A stretch of DNA of 64,000 nucleotides, from NCBI GenBank assembly GCA_051599415.1, contig AP039689.1, positions 868,001 to 932,000 on the forward strand. Reading direction: 5' to 3'. This document shows positions 42,483-53,235 of this stretch, in pieces. Made by a program: the position numbers and the translations under genes. The notes under the pieces were generated by a model. It was given only the letters and a program-made list of their open reading frames with translations. It did no database searches and was not told where the DNA came from. Each line of letters starts with the position of its first letter. Within the stretch, counting starts at the first letter, position 1. Origin of the DNA: Savitreella phatthalungensis (lineage: Eukaryota).

Positions 42483-44420
42483 ATGGCGCGAAACTTCCCT
42501 GCAGCGGCGGAAGCCATGGAAATTGACAGTGTTCCTACACCGTTGCCTTCTATCATTCCCTCTGCCACAGGGTCAAGCACATCGTCCGTGCATACCGTCA
42601 ACTCTGGCGCAGTAACGCCCCCTGCTATACGCAGTCTCCGTGATGGCAAATCCGCCGCTACGTCCCTAGGGGGCGAAGAAGTTCCCACGCCCGCACCATC
42701 GCCAACACCGACCGACGCATCAGCCAAACCCTCATGGAGCAACATGAGCCCGACAGAAGACCAGCATCTACGTGATGCTCGAATTCACTTCAGTCGGCTT
42801 GACATAGATGGCCGCCAGCGCTTTCTCACGGAGATCCTCAACATGTGCACTCCGTATGAGCTCATGGCAATCTCTGCCTATGTTTCTCCACGGCTCAAGA
42901 AGGACTTTCTCAAATGCCTGCCTACAGAGCTCGCTCTACGCACTTTATCATACATCCACGAACCAAAAACGCTGGCGCGCGCTGCTCAGGTCTCAAAGCA
43001 CTGGCATGCCTTGCTGAACGACGACCTGACCTGGAAGCGTCTGTGCGCCGTACACAGATACCGCCGGTTGTCGAGCGTGGAGGGTGACGAGGACAACGCT
43101 GAGGATGAGCGGCCGGTATTCCGAGAAGCTGGATCTGTACGGCGAGATGCGATGCACGCAACAGAGGACTCACCATATTTCAGTGCACCGGCAGGCATCG
43201 ATGTCATGTCTGACCAGTCTAACGAGGCTATCGAAAGACAAGCATCCGTCCGGCGCGCTGCTGCAGGCAGTCGACGACCGATACCGCAGTCGTACAAGAC
43301 GCACTTCAAGCAGCGCTACCTGATCGATGCCAATTGGCGGACGGGAGGCACTATCCTAGCTCGCCATGTGACAGACGACGTCGCCACGGTCACCTGGTCC
43401 TGTCTCACATCAGACTACATCATCGTGGCCCTAGACAACTCCCGGATTTACGTCTTCAGCCGAGATGGTCGCTTTTTGAAGACCTTGGATGGCCATGCAT
43501 CGGGCGTGTGGAATCTCGACATTGAGGGCAACACGATGTGTAGTGGCGGATGTGACAAGATTGTCCGAGTGTGGGATCTGAGAACAGGCAAGACGGTGCA
43601 TCAGCTATTTGGTCACACGTCGACGGTTCGATGCCTGGAGATTGCCAGATTACCGGATCAGCACATCGTCGTCACCGGCTCACGCGACAACAATCTGAGA
43701 ACGTGGGATTACGAGCAAGGTATGTGTCGGCACGTCCTCGTTGGCCACACGGGTGCCGTCAGATGTATCAAGGTCCACGGAGAGCAAGTCGTCAGTGGCT
43801 CGTACGACATGACCTGCAAGCTTTGGTCCCTGACTGAGGGCACGTGTCTGCGGACGTTTGGTGGTCACTCTGCGCAGATCTACTCGATCGCGTTCAACGG
43901 TGATGTCGTTGCCTCAGGCTCACTCGACTCGACAGTACGCGTGTGGGAAGCGCAGACGGGAGTGTCTCGAGGCAAGCTCACAGGTCACACCTCGCTTGTC
44001 GGTCAACTGCAGATGAGATATCCGCTCGCCGTCTCCGGTGGACCGGACGGCACAGTCCGCGTGTGGGACCTCGAGCAAATGCGGTGTGTGCACTACCTAT
44101 ACGGCCACGAAAATTCCGTAACAACGCTCCAGTTTGACGACACCAGGATCGTCTCTGGCTCATCAGACGGCCTGACGAAAGTATGGGATCTCCAATCAGG
44201 CCAACTCGTCAGAAAGCTTTCAGAGCCAGCTGAACAAGTTTGGCGTGTCGATTTCGATGACGACACAGCCATCATCATGTCAAAGCGAGATCTGAAGACC
44301 TGTCTCGAGGTCATCTCGTTTTTCCCCACAGAAGAGGAAATGCGGGGCGACAAAAGCGATCCGCAACCAGTACCATTCACCCCACTAGATCTCAATCTGC
44401 CACGCCTATCCACACGGTGA
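42483..44420 (+). CDS. F-box/WD40 protein, Cdc4/Fbw7-like SCF substrate receptor
   Basis: D-domain-like helix, F-box (DFLKCLPTELALRTLSY...VSK.W), and about 7 GH...WD repeats. Confidence 0.92.
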   Translation: MARNFPAAAEAMEIDSVPTPLPSIIPSATGSSTSSVHTVNSGAVTPPAIRSLRDGKSAATSLGGEEVPTPAPSPTPTDASAKPSWSNMSPTEDQHLRDARIHFSRLDIDGRQRFLTEILNMCTPYELMAISAYVSPRLKKDFLKCLPTELALRTLSYIHEPKTLARAAQVSKHWHALLNDDLTWKRLCAVHRYRRLSSVEGDEDNAEDERPVFREAGSVRRDAMHATEDSPYFSAPAGIDVMSDQSNEAIERQASVRRAAAGSRRPIPQSYKTHFKQRYLIDANWRTGGTILARHVTDDVATVTWSCLTSDYIIVALDNSRIYVFSRDGRFLKTLDGHASGVWNLDIEGNTMCSGGCDKIVRVWDLRTGKTVHQLFGHTSTVRCLEIARLPDQHIVVTGSRDNNLRTWDYEQGMCRHVLVGHTGAVRCIKVHGEQVVSGSYDMTCKLWSLTEGTCLRTFGGHSAQIYSIAFNGDVVASGSLDSTVRVWEAQTGVSRGKLTGHTSLVGQLQMRYPLAVSGGPDGTVRVWDLEQMRCVHYLYGHENSVTTLQFDDTRIVSGSSDGLTKVWDLQSGQLVRKLSEPAEQVWRVDFDDDTAIIMSKRDLKTCLEVISFFPTEEEMRGDKSDPQPVPFTPLDLNLPRLSTR

Positions 44421-44472
44421 TCAGGCAGACAGTCGCACCATGTAACGCTATGAAGGATATCATGACAATGCC

Positions 44473-45165
44473 TTACGACATAGTATTCCGTGTAGTTCCG
44501 CTTGCGTGTGATGTCGGTGCCCCAGCCCGAATAGGTGTTGTTGCGACCCAGTGATTATAGTGACCTGGAGCTCTAGCGATGCAAAGTGGGCAATCGCGAC
44601 GATATCCCATCACCAATCTCCCTCTTGCGACTCTACCTGCTCCACCATCGCCATCTTCTGCACACGTCGTCCCATCATCACCATCCACCATCATGCCTCC
44701 ATCAACTCCTACATCGCCTCTGTCGTGGCCGTATCCGTAGCCGATCGGCAATTTGAGCGATGTATGTGCTCCTGGCGGATGTAGTGGCGGCGACGAGGCT
44801 TTTGTCAGAAGCTCATCTCGATCGATCAACATCCCATCCACTCCGTGTGAGTCCCCAATCAACCCGAACGAGGAACTACTTGACCGAGCCACGTCCACAC
44901 TGCCGTCATCGAGGGCGGGGGTCTGATACGGGGGATCGCTAGAGCGCGGAGTGATGTGAAGACGAGAGACTTCTAGCATCGGCTCGTCCGCTTGAGATGT
45001 CCCAATCGCTGTGGAGCGAGTGGTTGTAGTAGAAGAAGGGAGAGCAGAAGCAGAAGACTCACGACGTAACCCTGAGCGACGGCGATCACGATCTCCATGG
45101 CCAGCATCGTCAGATGAACATCGCCGTCGCTTGTTGGACGACTGTCTGACTACTGCAGCATACAT
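44473..45165 (-). CDS. Hypothetical protein with C-terminal MGYRxDCxxC..PGHYxH motif
   Basis: ATG ORF of 230 aa, low complexity except for a CxxC/H/H motif I recall from uncharacterised fungal proteins. Confidence 0.7.
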   Translation of the reverse strand: MYAAVVRQSSNKRRRCSSDDAGHGDRDRRRSGLRRESSASALPSSTTTTRSTAIGTSQADEPMLEVSRLHITPRSSDPPYQTPALDDGSVDVARSSSSSFGLIGDSHGVDGMLIDRDELLTKASSPPLHPPGAHTSLKLPIGYGYGHDRGDVGVDGGMMVDGDDGTTCAEDGDGGAGRVARGRLVMGYRRDCPLCIARAPGHYNHWVATTPIRAGAPTSHASGTTRNTMS

Positions 45166-45506
45166 CTGAGGAAGTAATTGAAGAGTCTTAGCTGGAATGC
45201 ATCCTGTTGTAGACTGTCAAAACACCCTTCTGGTGGAGACAGTTGTGGTCGTTCAGTGATGGTGACGTGCATCGATGAGAAGAATGTTTTCGTACTTTGA
45301 ATATCTCCATTGAATGATCAATTCGATTCTTATCCTACGGCTTGGACGATACGCCACCTCGATCTTATCTCCTTCCGAAAGCCAGCGTCATCCGTGATAG
45401 CCGGCCAAAAGACCAAGCATACCCCGGGAGAAATTGTACTTCTGTAGACTAAGACACCTCTTCACCATTATCGATATCAGTCCAAGTCACTCTTTGAAAC
45501 TTCAGC

Positions 45507-46036
45507 ATGATCGCGGATAAGCAAGTTCTCTCAAAGATCCGTAAGTACACCTGCCCATCGTAACCACATATACGGTAATTGACAGTCCATCAGCCGATGC
45601 GTGCACCCTGCTGTTCGAGGCTAAGCAAGCAAAGAAGCTCAGTTTCGAGCAAATTGCAGCTGAGCTTGACCGGAGTGAGGTCTGGGTTGCTGCCTTATTC
45701 TATGGCCAGGCGAAGCCTGAAGGTCGTGACATCGAGCGTCTGCACGCTACACTGGGAGTGCCAAAGGATGCGCTGGAGGCTTCACTGGGTGACGGATTCT
45801 TCCCAGACAAGTGCGGTCTGACGGACATGCCACCGAGAGATCCTGTCCTCTACAGGCTGTACGAGATCGTAGCCAACTTCGGGTACGCCTACAAGGCTAT
45901 CATCCACGAGAAATTCGGAGACGGAATCATGTCGGCAATCGCTTTCGACGTACAGATCGAGAAAGAACAAGTCGACGGCGCAGACTGGGTCAAGATCATC
46001 CAGCGTGGAAAGTTCTTACCATACAAGCGCTTCTGA
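45507..46036 (+). CDS. CYN1: Cyanate hydratase (cyanase), 2 exons (45507-45540, 45594-46036)
   Basis: Intron 45541-45593 (GTAAGT..TTGAC..CAG) gives LFEAK..KKLSFEQIA..L.RSEVWVAALFYGQA, then PP.DP..YRLYE, EKFGDGIMSAI.F, GKFLPY. Confidence 0.93.
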
Positions 46037-46160
46037 TGAAGTTGACGCCTAATCGCAAAATTAGCTGTCTTCAACGAAAGAGGACTTCAGGTCAACGCAA
46101 ATTAGTATCACATATTCATACGAACAAAGATTCGTCGTAACTCTTCGTCGTTCGGGCCTT

Positions 46161-46898
46161 TCAGTCGTCGTAGTCTGCGCGAATGTCTGTCCAGTTCACG
46201 AATTTGCCTGAAAGATCCTTCTTAGCCTTGAGAGACAAGTTGGCGATGACGTTGCCAACCTCCTCAGGCTTGACCATCTGCTTGTCCCTGTGCATGCCGA
46301 CGAATTTAGCGTGCTGCTCAGGCAGCATCTTGTGAGCATGATCATCTCTAATGGCGCGCTGCATATCCGTGTCCACAACGCCTGGCCTGAGCGCTACCGT
46401 GACAAAGTCAGGCTCCTCGTGGCCGAGCTGAGCAGCGAGAAAGTTGGCAGCAGCTTTGGACGCCCCGTACGGTCCCCAAGTCTGAGGCGCAGACACCGCC
46501 GCCCCGCTGGAAATGATAATCACGCGGCCGTGAGATTTCCGCAACTCATTCGCACACGCACCAATACCTGTGAAGAGCGAGAAGAAGTTGATGTCAAATA
46601 GTGTCTTCACCTCGTCGATATTGGCGTCGCATATCTTCGATACAGGGTCTAGCACGCCTGCATTCAGGATCAACCCATCGATCGACCCGTATTTGTCAAG
46701 TGTCTGCTTTGCAACTTGTGGGAAAAGCGATGTGTCTGTGACGTCGCCAGCAATCACATGCAGGGAATCCGACTTGAGAGCCTCCAGTGGCTTAACATTC
46801 CGAGAGATAGCTACGACATTGATTCCCTTGTCAAGCAGAATCTTGGTGATGGCAAAGCCCAAGCCTCGTGCAGCGCCGGTCACTATAACCGCAGGCAT
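46161..46898 (-). CDS. Short-chain dehydrogenase/reductase (sepiapterin/benzil reductase-like)
   Basis: IVTGAARGLG, LILNAGVLDP, ISSGAA, WGPYGASKAA, LRPGVVDTDMQ. Confidence 0.92.
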   Translation of the reverse strand: MPAVIVTGAARGLGFAITKILLDKGINVVAISRNVKPLEALKSDSLHVIAGDVTDTSLFPQVAKQTLDKYGSIDGLILNAGVLDPVSKICDANIDEVKTLFDINFFSLFTGIGACANELRKSHGRVIIISSGAAVSAPQTWGPYGASKAAANFLAAQLGHEEPDFVTVALRPGVVDTDMQRAIRDDHAHKMLPEQHAKFVGMHRDKQMVKPEEVGNVIANLSLKAKKDLSGKFVNWTDIRADYDD

Positions 46899-47172
46899 TG
46901 TTGACGAGGAATAGCAGTGATGAGGACCCTGAATAAAGGGTCTTTAACCTTCACGGACGAAGAACACGCTGCGGTCAATGGACTTCGGAACTGTAAAGTG
47001 TCCGCTCTGGTAGGTGTATATACACGTGTACGAACATGACGTCGAACATTAATTTCACGTGACAGTTGAAATAGACTGCAGCATCGAAGCTCAGTCAGGA
47101 TCGATCAAATTCAATTTATGATCAATCGATCGTTGAAAAATTGCATTTCCCTTCAAACGTTCTCATCTAAAG

Positions 47173-47189
47173 ACGCGTCGTATTCGCGT
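47173..47189 (+). promoter_or_regulatory. MCB (ACGCGT) element plus adjacent CGCG core upstream of SMC3
   Basis: ACGCGT at 47173-47178 and TCGCGT at 47184-47189, about 190 nt upstream of the ATG. Cohesin genes are known MBF targets in yeasts. Confidence 0.6.
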
Positions 47190-47369
47190 ACCGCCCTCAT
47201 CAACCAACACCTATCTTCACATTCCCAACCACCTAGTCAACGCAGACCGTGTTGTATATACACATCATAAGGCTCATCCCGAGCTCCGTCACGTCTCTCG
47301 ATCTACCCCAGGTCAAGGTTCAATCTTTGCAGGGCTGAACTGTGCAACAACTCCCAAACTCCACCCAGG

Positions 47370-50300
47370 ATGGTCTTCATCAAGCAGATCACCATCCAGG
47401 GCTTCAAGTCATACAAAGATCAAGTCACAATCTCAGACTTCTCACCAAAGCAGAATGTGGTCGTCGGCAGAAATGGATCAGGCAAGTCCAACTTCTTCGC
47501 AGCCATTCGCTTCGTCCTCTCAGATGACTACAATCGCCTAGACCGTGAGGAACGCCAGGCACTGCTCCATGAAGGATCTGGAACAGCTGTCATGAGCGCA
47601 TATGTCGAGATCAAATTCGACAATACAGACAATAGATTCCCGACTGGCAATCCAGAAGTCATCCTACGCCGTACAATCGGTCTGAAGAAGGACGAATACT
47701 CGCTCGATCGAAAGGCAGCCAACAAATCTGATGTCGCAAATCTACTCGAAGCCGCAGGCTTCTCTCGCGCAAACCCATATTATATCGTCCCTCAAGGACG
47801 CATAACACATCTGACAAACGCGAAAGATAGCGAGCGTCTCAATCTTTTGAAGGAAGTGGCTGGCACGCAGACTTACGAACAAAAGCGGTCCGAGTCGCTC
47901 AAGATCATGGACGATGTCAATGCGCGAAAGAGCAAGATTGACGAGTCCCTTCGCTACATCGAGGAACGACTGTCGGAGCTCGAAGCTGAGAAGAACGAGC
48001 TGAAAGAGTTTCAGGAATCCGACAGACAGCGTCGTGCACTCGAGTACACAATTTACTCGCGCGAGCAGGAAGAGATCAATGCTCGACTAGCCGAAATCGA
48101 TGGAGCCCGTGCAGACGACCTGAATGACAGTGCTGACAAGCGCGAGACTTTTATCAACCGCGAGCAGGTCATCCAAGAACGCGATGCAGAGATTGCCAAC
48201 ATCAAGAAGCAATTGAGCGAGCTCAACCTTGAGAAGGAGCAGCTTCTCCAAGAGCGGCGTGACCAGAATAAGCTCATGGCAATGGCAGAGCTTCAAATCT
48301 CCCGCCTGTCCGACGTAGAAGATTCGACGGGAGAGCGTGCAACTGCCCGTCAACAAGAGCTCATCCGTGTCGAACAAGAGCTTCAAGAGAAGCAGGGCGA
48401 GCTGATTGCTCTTCAACCTCAACATGACGAGCTCGTGGAGCGTGAAAATACTGCAGCCATCGAGCTTGAGCGCACAGAAGCTCAAGCACGTCAACTGTAC
48501 AGCAAGCAAGCCCGCCAGCAGCGCTTTGCTAACCGCTCACAACGTGATCGCGCACTTAATGAGGAGATTGCCGAGGCACAGGGGGCAATCAAGGAGCGCA
48601 ATGCACTTCAAACTCAATTTGCGCAGGACGTCGAGGCGACTAGAAACGCACTCACTCAAACCGAGGCAGAGATATCAGAAAACCGAGCTGAGATCGAGAG
48701 CGCCCGGACATCATTGGCAGAAATTGGTCACGAAGGTTCCGAAGCCAAGCGCGAGCGTGACGAGTTGATCGACCGTCGCAAGGAATTGTGGCGAGAGGAA
48801 GCACGGACGCAGACTGCAGTTGATGTCGCCAGAGAAGAATTACAAAAAGCTGAGCGCTCTCTCCAATCCACAACAGATCGTAGCACGGCTCGTGGTCTCG
48901 AGGCTGCACGTCGTCTTGCCCAGGACAAAAAGCTGACTGGCTACTACGGCCCGTTATACGAGCTGTTCGAGGTCGATGATCGATACAGGACTGCCGTTGA
49001 AACAGCTGCCGGAGCATCTCTATTCCACGTTGTTGTCGACACAGATGCTACTGCCGCTACTTTGCTGGAAGCCATCCAACGTGAGAACGCTGGCCGCGTA
49101 ACTTTTGTGCCACTGAACCGCATCACACCCCGGCCGGCAACGTACCCCGGCGTCACTGATGCCCTGCCTCTAATCGAAAAGCTCTCGTACGACAGTCGAT
49201 TTGCAAAGGCCATGGAGCAGGTCTTCAATCGCACGATCATTTGCCCAAACATTGAGCTTGCCAGCCGCTTCGCACGTTCCCATCAACTCAATGCAATCAC
49301 TCTATCAGGCGACTCTTCTGACCGACGGGGTGCGCTCACCGGTGGTTTCCACGACATCAAGACTTCTCGTCTCCAGGCCGGACGTTCGGTCGTGAAGTGG
49401 CGGAAAACACTCGAGCAGGAGCAAGCGAAAGCAAATGAGGTTCGTCGATCGCTACTGACCATCGACCAGGAGATCACACGATCCATGTCTGTGCTACAAC
49501 GCGCCGATCACCGCCGCAAGCAGATTGCAGACAATGCGGAGCCACTTCAGCGTGCCCTATTGCAAAAGACGCAGGTTGCACAAAGTTTGCGCGAATCTCT
49601 GGCGCGCAAAGAAGAGACAGTCCGTGAGGCACATGCAGGCCTTCAGCATCTTGAAGCCAAAGTCGAAGCCCTGATGCAAGAGCGGGATTCGCCATTCTCT
49701 CGTAGCATCCCCGAAGCTGATCAGGTGCGTTTGCAGCAGCTCAACGATTCGCTCGAGAGACTGCGTAAGGAGCATTCCGAGATAAGCTCTGCGCGACTTG
49801 AGCTCGAGGGCCGTCTTACTGTGCTGCAGTCGACCGTCCGGGAACGGCTGATGCTTGAACGTGACCGTCTGCTTGCGCAACAGCGTGACAGTGGCACTGG
49901 AATTGAAGGTACGCGTGAACAGCACGAAGAGGCTCGCGAGAGCGCTTTGTCGATGATTCAACGCATCTCCTCCAAGCTTGAGCGACTACAACGCGACATC
50001 AGCAAGGCCGACACCGATCTGCAGTCGACTGAGAGCAGTCGCCGCGACCTCGAGAAGCACAATCGCGAGCTCGCACGGGCAATCGAGCGTCAGCACAAGG
50101 AGACGGAGCGTGCGATGCAGAAGAAGTCCCTGCTCACCGCTCGCAAGGACGAGTGTAGTCGCAACATCCGCGAGCTCGGTATCTTGCCTGAAGACGCCTT
50201 CCGAAAGTACACCAATACCGCATCCGACACTCTTGTCAAACGACTGCATAAGGTAAATGAAACACTCAAGAAGTTCTCACACATCAACAAGAAGGCATTC

Positions 50301-50993
50301 GATCAGTACAACCAGTCAACGAAGGAGCGAGACAGATTGTTACAGCGAAACGAGGAGATCGAGCAAGCTCGTGCATCGATCGCAGATCTGATTGACACGC
50401 TCGACCACCGCAAGGACGAAGCAATCGAGCGGACTTTCAAGCAGGTGAGCAAGGCCTTCGCGGAGATCTTTCAGAAGCTCGTGCCACAAGGTCGTGGTCG
50501 TCTCATCATCCAGCGCCGCCATGACCAGCCACAACGCCAGCAAGACCCAGATGATCCCGACGACGACATGCCCGATGCAGATGCACAAGACGCGGCCAAA
50601 TCCGTCGAGAATTACGTTGGCGTAGCGATCTCCGTCTCATTCGACTACCAAGGTCCCGATACCCCTCAGCAGCGAATCCAACAGCTATCTGGAGGTCAGA
50701 AGTCGTTGTGTGCGCTGGCACTGATCTTTGCCATCCAGCGATGTGATCCGGCACCGTTCTACCTGATGGACGAGGTAGACGCTGCGCTCGACGCTCAGTA
50801 CAGAACCGCCGTCGCAGCCGTCCTACGCGACATGTCCACCACCGCCCAATTCATCTGCACAACATTCCGACCAGAGATGATCCACACGGCAGACAAATTC
50901 TACGGCGTCTTCTTCAGGTCAAAGTTATCCTCTGTCGAACCAGTCGAACAAGACCTCGCACTCACATTCGTCGAAGGCACCGAGGCGAGATAG
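47370..50993 (+). CDS. SMC3: Cohesin subunit Smc3 (Psm3)
   Basis: IQGFKSYKDQ, Walker A GRNGSGKSN, RRTIGLKKDEY (acetylated KK), hinge, LSGGQKSLCALALIFAIQ.CDPAPFYL.DE.DAALD. Confidence 0.98.
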   Translation: MVFIKQITIQGFKSYKDQVTISDFSPKQNVVVGRNGSGKSNFFAAIRFVLSDDYNRLDREERQALLHEGSGTAVMSAYVEIKFDNTDNRFPTGNPEVILRRTIGLKKDEYSLDRKAANKSDVANLLEAAGFSRANPYYIVPQGRITHLTNAKDSERLNLLKEVAGTQTYEQKRSESLKIMDDVNARKSKIDESLRYIEERLSELEAEKNELKEFQESDRQRRALEYTIYSREQEEINARLAEIDGARADDLNDSADKRETFINREQVIQERDAEIANIKKQLSELNLEKEQLLQERRDQNKLMAMAELQISRLSDVEDSTGERATARQQELIRVEQELQEKQGELIALQPQHDELVERENTAAIELERTEAQARQLYSKQARQQRFANRSQRDRALNEEIAEAQGAIKERNALQTQFAQDVEATRNALTQTEAEISENRAEIESARTSLAEIGHEGSEAKRERDELIDRRKELWREEARTQTAVDVAREELQKAERSLQSTTDRSTARGLEAARRLAQDKKLTGYYGPLYELFEVDDRYRTAVETAAGASLFHVVVDTDATAATLLEAIQRENAGRVTFVPLNRITPRPATYPGVTDALPLIEKLSYDSRFAKAMEQVFNRTIICPNIELASRFARSHQLNAITLSGDSSDRRGALTGGFHDIKTSRLQAGRSVVKWRKTLEQEQAKANEVRRSLLTIDQEITRSMSVLQRADHRRKQIADNAEPLQRALLQKTQVAQSLRESLARKEETVREAHAGLQHLEAKVEALMQERDSPFSRSIPEADQVRLQQLNDSLERLRKEHSEISSARLELEGRLTVLQSTVRERLMLERDRLLAQQRDSGTGIEGTREQHEEARESALSMIQRISSKLERLQRDISKADTDLQSTESSRRDLEKHNRELARAIERQHKETERAMQKKSLLTARKDECSRNIRELGILPEDAFRKYTNTASDTLVKRLHKVNETLKKFSHINKKAFDQYNQSTKERDRLLQRNEEIEQARASIADLIDTLDHRKDEAIERTFKQVSKAFAEIFQKLVPQGRGRLIIQRRHDQPQRQQDPDDPDDDMPDADAQDAAKSVENYVGVAISVSFDYQGPDTPQQRIQQLSGGQKSLCALALIFAIQRCDPAPFYLMDEVDAALDAQYRTAVAAVLRDMSTTAQFICTTFRPEMIHTADKFYGVFFRSKLSSVEPVEQDLALTFVEGTEAR

Positions 50994-51277
50994 ATCCACG
51001 AGACCCATATCCTAATGATTCGATTATGTGCATCCTTTACGACTACCTTTCGCGCCTGTGTAACGAATGATGCCAAGTTGATTGTTTACGTGCATCTGAT
51101 CTCAATTACACGGCAACGAAAAATCTGATGTCATCCTTTGAGATTAATGTGGCGGCATCGAGGAGAGATTGGTCGATAGAGTGCGAGACCTCTACACCAC
51201 CCATCCTTATCATTACACGCGTCAACACCTCTCCACTACTTGAGTCTGACAACATATTCTAATACATACCATACATA

Positions 51278-51492
51278 ATGTCAGGCAAAGGAAGAGAAGG
51301 ACAGAGCCCACCGCCCGAGGACCAGCACCCATCTCAGGGCACGGCTGCGCCTAGCGTAAGAATACTATACCCTTTCTAACGAACACCCTACTGACCGAGC
51401 GACAGTCAGGCAAGTCACATACTGCGGCCAAGGATATCGACACAAAGCAGCAATCGGAATCTGACAAGGCATCGTTACCGAGCAACCCGTAA
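51278..51492 (+). CDS. Small 54-aa hydrophilic protein, 2 exons (51278-51355, 51406-51492); absent from the ORF track
   Basis: ATG in ataATG context, phase-0 intron GTAAGA..CTGAC..CAG, product MSGKGREGQSPPPEDQHPSQGTAAPS/SGKSHTAAKDIDTKQQSESDKASLPSNP. Confidence 0.75.
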
Positions 51493-51507
51493 ATGTTCTG
51501 GAGAATG

Positions 51508-53235
51508 CTATGATCGAGCACCCGTGGTCATGAGAGCGCGTTTGCGTAAGCGTCGTAGACCGTCACGACGTTTGCGCTTCCACTCGCGCGTGGAGGTGTG
51601 ACGGCGGAGTTGCCATCTCGCTCGCTGAGCGTCCGAGTTTGGTGTCGTGAGATCGGTCGAGCCTGTGACGAAGAGAGTGTCGTGATCCGCGTTGATGTCG
51701 TCGCCGTCACCAGCGGCCGGTGTGGTAGGAGGCCTGACACGCAACCCGTGAGAGCCGGAAGCTAGCGCTGATAGTGCATCGGCAAAGTATCCAGTCTCGT
51801 GAGGGAAAATGACTGGCAAAGCAGGTGCCGTTGAGGTCGTGCTGGAGAGGATGGGCTGAGCAGGTTTAGTCGTTGAGATTGCGGCGTTGAGGTGTTTGTT
51901 TGTGTCTGAGTCCAGGTCGTCGTCAGCCGAGGGGCCAAAGAACGTAAACGTCTGCTTTATGCCGCTGCCATCACCACTCAGGTCAGGCCTGAAGATGGCC
52001 GTCAGGTCTTGTCTCGGCCCGCCATCTGTCTGAGCACGCAAGAACGATGGCGTGTGATCCTCCTCATCTTCGACCTCCTCGTCTTGAGCTTCTTCGTCCT
52101 CCATGTTCGTGTCTCTAACATCGGTCGTAGGGTCATAATGGCTCATCAAGGTGAAGCCAGGCTTACGCGCATCTGCACCAGCCTCCCTGGCGAGTGGCTT
52201 TGCGATTGACTCGGTTGCAGCCTGCGGTGCAGGCTGTTCGTCTTCCGATTCTTCGTCTCCAAACATAGCGTCCAGCAGACTCAGACCTGTCTTCTTCTCA
52301 TTGGCAAGCTGCTCATCGACCTGCTCAGCAGTGATATTTTCCACTTTTTGGTCACCCATCCGACCGAGGTAATTCTCCCCACCTGCCGCACCGTCCTCGT
52401 CATCGGCCCAGACTTCAACGCGTTCGCCATCGATCTCAACAACGCGACTACCACTTGACGCTGTGGTATATGAGGACTTTGCAGGCAGCTCAGGCTCTTC
52501 GATTATCCGACCCCTGCGGTCGAGCCACTCGCCTTCTTCATCGTCGTAACGCGCAGTCAGCCTGTCTGGCTGGGGATGAGCAACGCCCCAGAGCTTCTGC
52601 AGGCTATCTGATGGAGGTTTGATGCGGTTACCATGCCCATCGTTCATGACGGCGATCGCTCGGCCGTACTTCGACTTGATCCAACCACGACGTCGGTCCT
52701 TCGCCCTGATGTCTCCGTCTTTGAATAGCTGGTCGCGATTAGCCCTTCGTGAGTGCACAGCTCCGATAACACCATGACCCAGCATCTCGTCCTTCTTCCG
52801 TTTCCGGCGAAGCCCGACACCAGGGATACCCGTCGATGGTGCCTTCTCGGGCCTCGTGCGATCTCTTGCCAGCCGGATAGTGTAGTCAGGCTGGGCTTCT
52901 TCGATTCTGAGCTTGCCACCTTTGAACACTGTGCCTGAAAGGCGTCTAAGCTTATCCCAGCCTGCTGAATCGATGTCGATTGAGCAGTGGCCGAACTGAG
53001 TTCCGTTCACAGGCACTGTCTTTGCGTTCAGGATGAGTTCCGAAGTGAGCTTTCCGTAATGTCCTATCCGTGCCGACAGCTCAGCAGCTGTCACACTCTC
53101 GCCGATACCTGAGATGTAGAGCCTGGAAGGCAGGCGCTTCGGCGGATGGGATCGCCGTGCCTGACGTGGTGGTTCCTCAACTCCATTCTCCGTCTGCGAA
53201 GCCGCATGGGCTCTTTCCTTCGAAACAGAAGGCAT
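51508..53235 (-). CDS. N-terminal RRM protein, Nop8/NOL8-like nucleolar protein
   Basis: RLYISGIG (RNP2), FGH (RNP1-like), L.GTVFKGGKLRIEEAQPDY..RL, EKK..LSLL..MFG, acidic tracts, basic C-terminus. Likely ATG at 53235. Confidence 0.75.
   Translation of the reverse strand: MPSVSKERAHAASQTENGVEEPPRQARRSHPPKRLPSRLYISGIGESVTAAELSARIGHYGKLTSELILNAKTVPVNGTQFGHCSIDIDSAGWDKLRRLSGTVFKGGKLRIEEAQPDYTIRLARDRTRPEKAPSTGIPGVGLRRKRKKDEMLGHGVIGAVHSRRANRDQLFKDGDIRAKDRRRGWIKSKYGRAIAVMNDGHGNRIKPPSDSLQKLWGVAHPQPDRLTARYDDEEGEWLDRRGRIIEEPELPAKSSYTTASSGSRVVEIDGERVEVWADDEDGAAGGENYLGRMGDQKVENITAEQVDEQLANEKKTGLSLLDAMFGDEESEDEQPAPQAATESIAKPLAREAGADARKPGFTLMSHYDPTTDVRDTNMEDEEAQDEEVEDEEDHTPSFLRAQTDGGPRQDLTAIFRPDLSGDGSGIKQTFTFFGPSADDDLDSDTNKHLNAAISTTKPAQPILSSTTSTAPALPVIFPHETGYFADALSALASGSHGLRVRPPTTPAAGDGDDINADHDTLFVTGSTDLTTPNSDAQRARWQLRRHTSTREWKRKRRDGLRRLRKRALMTTGARS

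Noticed and set aside
46917..46950. GTGATGA followed by a GACCCT/AGGGTC hairpin
   Set aside because: 6-bp stem only, no suitably placed D box; chance-level structure in the SDR leader.
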